From the NCBI GenBank assembly GCA_038823825.1, contig JAWBCC010000001.1:180001-212000 (forward strand): a stretch of 32,000 nucleotides of DNA, written 5' to 3'. The stretch comes from Candidatus Hadarchaeales archaeon. Its GTDB lineage: Archaea > Hadarchaeota > Hadarchaeia > Hadarchaeales > Hadarchaeaceae. A model generated the notes under the pieces. It did not search any database. It worked only from the letters and a program-made list of their open reading frames with translations, and was not told the origin of the DNA. This document shows, in pieces, positions 28,168 to 32,000 of the stretch. Every line of letters begins with the position of its first letter. The stretch's first letter is position 1. Position numbers and translations under genes: made by a program.

Positions 28168-28643
28168 TCTTTAAGCACCTCATCATACTTTCCTTCATCG
28201 ATTTCTTTCTGGACAATACGCGGATCCTTCCCCTCGACTGTTACACCCATGCTCACGCAGGTTCCAAGAACCTCTTTCACAGCAGCCTTGAGGGTCTTCG
28301 CCAAACTACTTCCACGCTTCATCTTTGCAATTTTGATAGCCTGCTCCATTGTGAGGTTCCCAAAAATCTCTTTTTGTGGTGCACTCGCTCCTTTCTCCAA
28401 GCCCAGCTCTTTCTTGATCAGAGCAGAAACTGGCGGAAGTCCAACTTTTATCTCATAACTCTTCGTTTTAGGATCAATGATCAACGTAACCGGGACTTTC
28501 ATCCCTTCGAACTCTTGGGTTTTTTGGTTGATTTCCGCCACAATCTTTGCCACATTCAGCCCGAAGGGACCAAGGGCTGGGCCAATTGGGGGGCCCGGAG
28601 TTGCCTTGCCTCCTTCAATCAGCAACTTTATTTCTGGGGACAT
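28164..28643 (-). CDS. rpl11: Ribosomal protein L11
   Basis: [57 protein letters not shown] antisense excluded; [25 protein letters not shown]. Confidence 0.96.
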   Translation of the reverse strand: MSPEIKLLIEGGKATPGPPIGPALGPFGLNVAKIVAEINQKTQEFEGMKVPVTLIIDPKTKSYEIKVGLPPVSALIKKELGLEKGASAPQKEIFGNLTMEQAIKIAKMKRGSSLAKTLKAAVKEVLGTCVSMGVTVEGKDPRIVQKEIDEGKYDEVLKE

Positions 28644-28649
28644 GGTTAT

Positions 28650-28690
28650 CTCCTAACCTTTTCAAAAATAGCACCCACTGTTTAAAAAGA
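28650..28690 (-). promoter_or_regulatory. Putative TATA box (minus strand TCTTTTTAAACA, ~28679-28690) and Shine-Dalgarno AGGAG (28650-28654) for the L11-L1-L10-L12 operon
   Basis: 59-nt intergenic gap between the spt5 stop and rpl11 start. AGGAG sits 6 nt upstream of the ATG at 28643, and the TATA-like element lies at a position consistent with a ~15-nt leader. Confidence 0.55.
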
Positions 28691-28702
28691 TGCCCAGAGG
28701 AT

Positions 28703-29164
28703 TTATTTCTTCTCTATGACTTTAATCATATCTACTTTGACCGTGACTGGAATCGGAAAGGTTGCCTCGATGAGTTCGATCGTAACCTCTTCTTTTGCTT
28801 CGTCTACTCTGATGACTTTCGCCCTATTTCCTTTTAACGGTCCAGTAGTTAATTCTACAAGGTCCCCGGCGCTCACTTTGATGGGTGGCGGACCCGGTGA
28901 GATGAAGGGTTCGATTTCTCTTAATGCAACCTCCTTCCTCACCACACTCTTTGCATGCTTTATTCCAGAACGGAGTTTCTCCACGACGGTGTGGTCACCC
29001 TCCACCTCGACAAAGACATAGCCCCTAAGTCCGTGTGGAACAACAACAGAGATAAACTCCTTGATGCCTTTACTCCTTGCTCTGGCGTAAATCATATCCG
29101 CCGTAGCTCTTTCTTGGCCAATCGTTGTCTTCACCGCATAGATCCTGACTCTCGGAACTTCCAT
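28703..29164 (-). CDS. spt5: Transcription elongation factor Spt5 (archaeal NusG)
   Basis: IYAVKTTIGQERATADMIYARARSKGIKEFISVVVPHGLRGYVFVEVEG and KOW region ISAGDLVELTTGPLKGNRAKVIRVDEAKEEVTIEL. Confidence 0.95.
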   Translation of the reverse strand: MEVPRVRIYAVKTTIGQERATADMIYARARSKGIKEFISVVVPHGLRGYVFVEVEGDHTVVEKLRSGIKHAKSVVRKEVALREIEPFISPGPPPIKVSAGDLVELTTGPLKGNRAKVIRVDEAKEEVTIELIEATFPIPVTVKVDMIKVIEKK

Positions 29165-29167
29165 TCC

Positions 29168-29332
29168 TCAAGCCCCCGAAATAATAGAGGCGACATACAT
29201 AATTATAAATCCCATAGCTCCTATCAGCAAAAAACCTAGTCCGCTTATCTTTGTTATTCTACTGAATTCTTCTGAATCCGGTTTTCTGGCTATTTGCAAC
29301 AGTCGTTTGCAATTTTGGATGAACTCTCCCAT
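29168..29332 (-). CDS. secE: Protein translocase SecE/Sec61-gamma, 54 aa (not in the supplied ORF track)
   Basis: Hand translation: MGEFIQNCKRLLQIARKPDSEEFSRITKISGLGFLLIGAMGFIIMYVASIISGA*. It has the SecE-like FxxxCKRxLxxARKPxxEEF amphipathic segment plus one TM helix, and sits between spt5 and ftsZ with 2-3 nt spacing. Confidence 0.93.
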   Translation of the reverse strand: MGEFIQNCKRLLQIARKPDSEEFSRITKISGLGFLLIGAMGFIIMYVASIISGA

Positions 29333-29334
29333 CC

Positions 29335-30447
29335 CTATATCTCCTTTAGTCCAAGATCGATTTCTATTTTTCTAGTTAGTTTCGGTTCAGCAGCATAGGG
29401 CGAATGCACTCCCGTGAGAACCACCATAACCTTGAGCGTTTTTTTCAAGTTTTCATCTATCTGCGCTCCCCATATCACTTGGCCTTCCGGATCAACAACT
29501 TCCGAAACCTTAGAGACAACTCTTTCCGCTTCCGCTACGCTGAGATCGGGTCCTCCGGAAACGTTTACGAGTGCTCCCTTTGCACCGGTCACATCGACGT
29601 CCAAGAGTGGGCTGTTAAGAGCTTCATTTGCGGCATCCTCCGCCCTGTTTGCTGTATCTGATTCTCCTATACCTATTGCCGCTATCCCGCTGTCTTTCAT
29701 CACGGCTCTGACATCGGCGAAATCTAAATTCACGAGACCAGGCTTTGTTATTAATTCTGTTATCCCTTTGATGCTGTTCATGAGGATCTTGTCGGCGAGC
29801 TCAAACGCTGAGATGAGGGAGATATTCGGCGCAAGCTGCAGAAGCTTATCATTCGGGATTATGATGATGCTGTCTGCCACCTGCTTGAGCTTCTCAAGTC
29901 CTCGCCTCGCATTTTTCATTCTCCTCGTGCCTTCCACCGTGAACGGAAGTGTGACGACACCGACTGTTAGAGCTCCTAGATTTTTAGCAATCTCCGCAAC
30001 GACTGGGATAGATCCTGTCCCCGTTCCTCCGCCCAGACCACATGTGACAAAGACTAGGTCTGCCCCATAGAGGTGATCCTTGATTACGTCTTCTTCTTCT
30101 CTGGCTGCAGCTTCCCCCTTGTCCGGATCGTTGCCCGCCCCGAGTCCCCGCGTAGTTTCCCTGCCGATTAAAATCTTTCTGTCCGCGACCGTGTAGAGCA
30201 AATCCTGTGCATCGGTGTTGATAGCAATCGTTTCGGCGCCCTCTATCCCAACCTTCGCTATTCTCGAAATAGTGTTGCATCCAGCGCCTCCGCAACCAAC
30301 CACGAAAATCTTTGCCCTCGCCTCTCTGAGTATTTCCTCGAGCTCCTCTTGTGTCACGCCCTTAGGGGGTGCCGGACCTCTCGTAGGCACAGGGGAAATT
30401 CCGGGTTTCCAAATTCCTTCGGGATTAGGAGTAACACTTTTGCTCAT
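29335..30447 (-). CDS. ftsZ: Cell division protein FtsZ
   Basis: [41 protein letters not shown] tubulin signature, [22 protein letters not shown]. Confidence 0.96.
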   Translation of the reverse strand: MSKSVTPNPEGIWKPGISPVPTRGPAPPKGVTQEELEEILREARAKIFVVGCGGAGCNTISRIAKVGIEGAETIAINTDAQDLLYTVADRKILIGRETTRGLGAGNDPDKGEAAAREEEDVIKDHLYGADLVFVTCGLGGGTGTGSIPVVAEIAKNLGALTVGVVTLPFTVEGTRRMKNARRGLEKLKQVADSIIIIPNDKLLQLAPNISLISAFELADKILMNSIKGITELITKPGLVNLDFADVRAVMKDSGIAAIGIGESDTANRAEDAANEALNSPLLDVDVTGAKGALVNVSGGPDLSVAEAERVVSKVSEVVDPEGQVIWGAQIDENLKKTLKVMVVLTGVHSPYAAEPKLTRKIEIDLGLKEI

Positions 30448-30480
30448 ATCATCCGCCTTTTGAACTAGACAAGTGTCAAT

Positions 30481-31266
30481 TTAAAGTTTTTTAACGAGGA
30501 GGGAACCGGCTTTTACGACTTCTATTCCAAAATTTTCGGAAATTTCCAGACATATCTCTCTCTGTTCTCTTGTCGCACCTTTCCAATCGAGCACGATCAT
30601 TCGACTAGAACTCTTTTCTAGAGCCAGTCTTATGAGTTCGACATTTGCTGGGGCATGTTTAGAAAGGATATGTCCGAATCCAATGTTCGACTCGAAAGAT
30701 ATTCTCGTATAAAGCGGAGAATAGTGCGGACCACCGACACCGATCGCAAATTTACATGGATGAGGGTCCAATGCGGAGAGGATCGCTCGGGCTACTGCTT
30801 CTCCAGCGTTTTCGTTAACCCACTCCTTTTCTTCGCTCCCGATCTCGACGAAAGTTATTGGAACGGCGAAGTCTCCTGGTTCATGGTGTGTGGCTTCTAG
30901 CGAAACTTGGTGAGGTAAATTTAAACGCGCCACCTGATTTCTAAGTTCAAGAAGAGCGGCACGAACGGTTGACGGAGATGCTGGTGGTAGTAGCGATTTT
31001 TCCGGGAGTCCTGGGACGTGCACGGTGAGCGAAGGCCTGCCCGACTGGCTTGCATGTCTGGATGCTACGATGACTTCATCAGTTCCGGAAGGAAGCGACA
31101 CGGACTGAGGGCTCGTTTCGATGAGGAGAGCCTTTTGTGATGTGTACACACCTTTTTCGATCTCGATGAAGTTTCCGAGTCTGAGAAGGTGTCTTTTGAT
31201 GTTCTGCGCGGCTGGGTCGCTTTTCGAAGCGAGAATGACTTTCTTTGGGATAGAGGAATCCTTCAT
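30481..31266 (-). CDS. dtdA: D-aminoacyl-tRNA deacylase, archaeal type
   Basis: SRHASQSGRPSLTVHVPG, LEATHHEPGDFAVPITFVEIGSEEKEW, AIGVGGPHYSPLYTRI, GFGHILSKHAP. Confidence 0.9.
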   Translation of the reverse strand: MKDSSIPKKVILASKSDPAAQNIKRHLLRLGNFIEIEKGVYTSQKALLIETSPQSVSLPSGTDEVIVASRHASQSGRPSLTVHVPGLPEKSLLPPASPSTVRAALLELRNQVARLNLPHQVSLEATHHEPGDFAVPITFVEIGSEEKEWVNENAGEAVARAILSALDPHPCKFAIGVGGPHYSPLYTRISFESNIGFGHILSKHAPANVELIRLALEKSSSRMIVLDWKGATREQREICLEISENFGIEVVKAGSLLVKKL

Positions 31267-31300
31267 CGTTTTACCATTCTTGTTTTATCCCTTGTTTCTG

Positions 31301-32000
31301 TTAAATTCTACGATTTTTTGTTCGACGTTTCACGATAAAAGCACCGATTGCGGAACCGATCGAAGTGAAAAAGATCACCGATGTGACGACTCCAAGATAG
31401 ATATTCGAGAGTTCGGCGAGAGTCGGATTTTGATCGGCGAAGGTTGTTAGCAACGTCGCCAATATGGCCGCCGCCAGTCCTCTCGCGAAAAGAATAGAAA
31501 TTACATCCCTTTCCTCTGCGAGTGGTGAACGGATCGTTGTCATTCTTACGGCTACGCTCCTCACTAGGTAAAGGAGGATTGAGAGACATCCGCCAGCCAA
31601 GAGGATTTTCAAGTCCCGGATGGAGAACATCAATCCTAGATAAAGGAAGAAGAACGTTCTGAGAATAAAGGTCACCTCTGTCTCGAATCTTCTGAAGCCC
31701 GCATCGACAAATTCTCCTCTTTTCACTCTGAATGCTCGGTAGACCCCTCTCTCGTTACCCAAGATGAGTCCGAAGAAAAGGGAGGAGAGAGCACCGCTGC
31801 CTCCAATCCACTCGGAGAAAGCGTAGACAATCAGGACGAGGGCAAAAAGGAGGACGTCGATATTTGGAGTTCCACGCAACCCGTAAAGAGAAGAAAGGCA
31901 GAGCAACCCGGCAAAGAGCCCGACAGCCATACCGATCAAAAATCTAGATCCGATATCTTTGGCAATCTCTGTAAATCCTACAGCCCCTGTGACTGCCTTG
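31301..32000 (-). CDS. Na+/H+ (cation:proton) antiporter, C-terminal part; runs off the window edge
   Basis: Frame remains open beyond the reported TTG start at 31939 (KAVTGAVGFTEIAKDIGSRFLIGMAVGLFAGLL). Multiple TM segments and SVIFFTSIGSAIGAFIVKR. Internal GGSGALSSLFFGLILG resembles CPA-family exchangers. Confidence 0.8.
   Translation of the reverse strand, partial: KAVTGAVGFTEIAKDIGSRFLIGMAVGLFAGLLCLSSLYGLRGTPNIDVLLFALVLIVYAFSEWIGGSGALSSLFFGLILGNERGVYRAFRVKRGEFVDAGFRRFETEVTFILRTFFFLYLGLMFSIRDLKILLAGGCLSILLYLVRSVAVRMTTIRSPLAEERDVISILFARGLAAAILATLLTTFADQNPTLAELSNIYLGVVTSVIFFTSIGSAIGAFIVKRRTKNRRI

Noticed and set aside
28161-28685. 174-aa plus-strand ORF opposite rpl11
   Set aside because: Shadow ORF of the highly conserved L11 gene.
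1-32000. CRISPR arrays, transposase/IS elements, toxin-antitoxin pairs, rRNA or tRNA genes
   Set aside because: I saw no regularly spaced repeats, no transposase-like ORFs and no tRNA T-loop/acceptor pairing in the intergenic gaps, which are mostly under 125 nt. This was checked by eye only; tRNAscan, Infernal and CRISPR finders would be definitive.

Overview
The window looks like chromosomal DNA from an archaeon and has two halves. Positions ~1-16.9 kb are a dense glycan-biosynthesis island. It holds a pseudaminic-acid-like nonulosonic acid set (PseB-, PseC-, PseH- and PseI-like proteins plus an SpsF/PseF-like cytidylyltransferase). It also holds a class III (GSA-type) aminotransferase, a Gfo/Idh oxidoreductase, two further NDP-sugar epimerase/dehydratases, a PIG-L deacetylase, a formyltransferase C-terminus and six glycosyltransferase-type genes, probably for surface (S-layer/archaellum) glycosylation. 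Positions ~16.9-32 kb are housekeeping genes: an SbcD/Mre11-related phosphoesterase, an Hjc-like nuclease, a RimI-like acetyltransferase, archaeal DnaG, a DUF434-like protein, LeuRS, AlaRS, the stalk operon L12(P1)-L10(P0)-L1-L11, Spt5/NusG, SecE (54 aa, absent from the ORF track), FtsZ, DtdA and a truncated Na+/H+ antiporter. The most notable observations are: (1) a decayed partial duplicate of the GT-B-type gene at 8918-9416 with a 126-nt stretch nearly identical to 11071-11197, next to a much more diverged part; (2) a pseudaminic-acid-like pathway in an archaeal background with no recognisable PseG and with extra amino-sugar enzymes; (3) an Hjc-like nuclease whose expected E-x-K motif reads S-C-K. 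I found no CRISPR array, transposase, rRNA or tRNA, and no strong evidence for a wholly new system.
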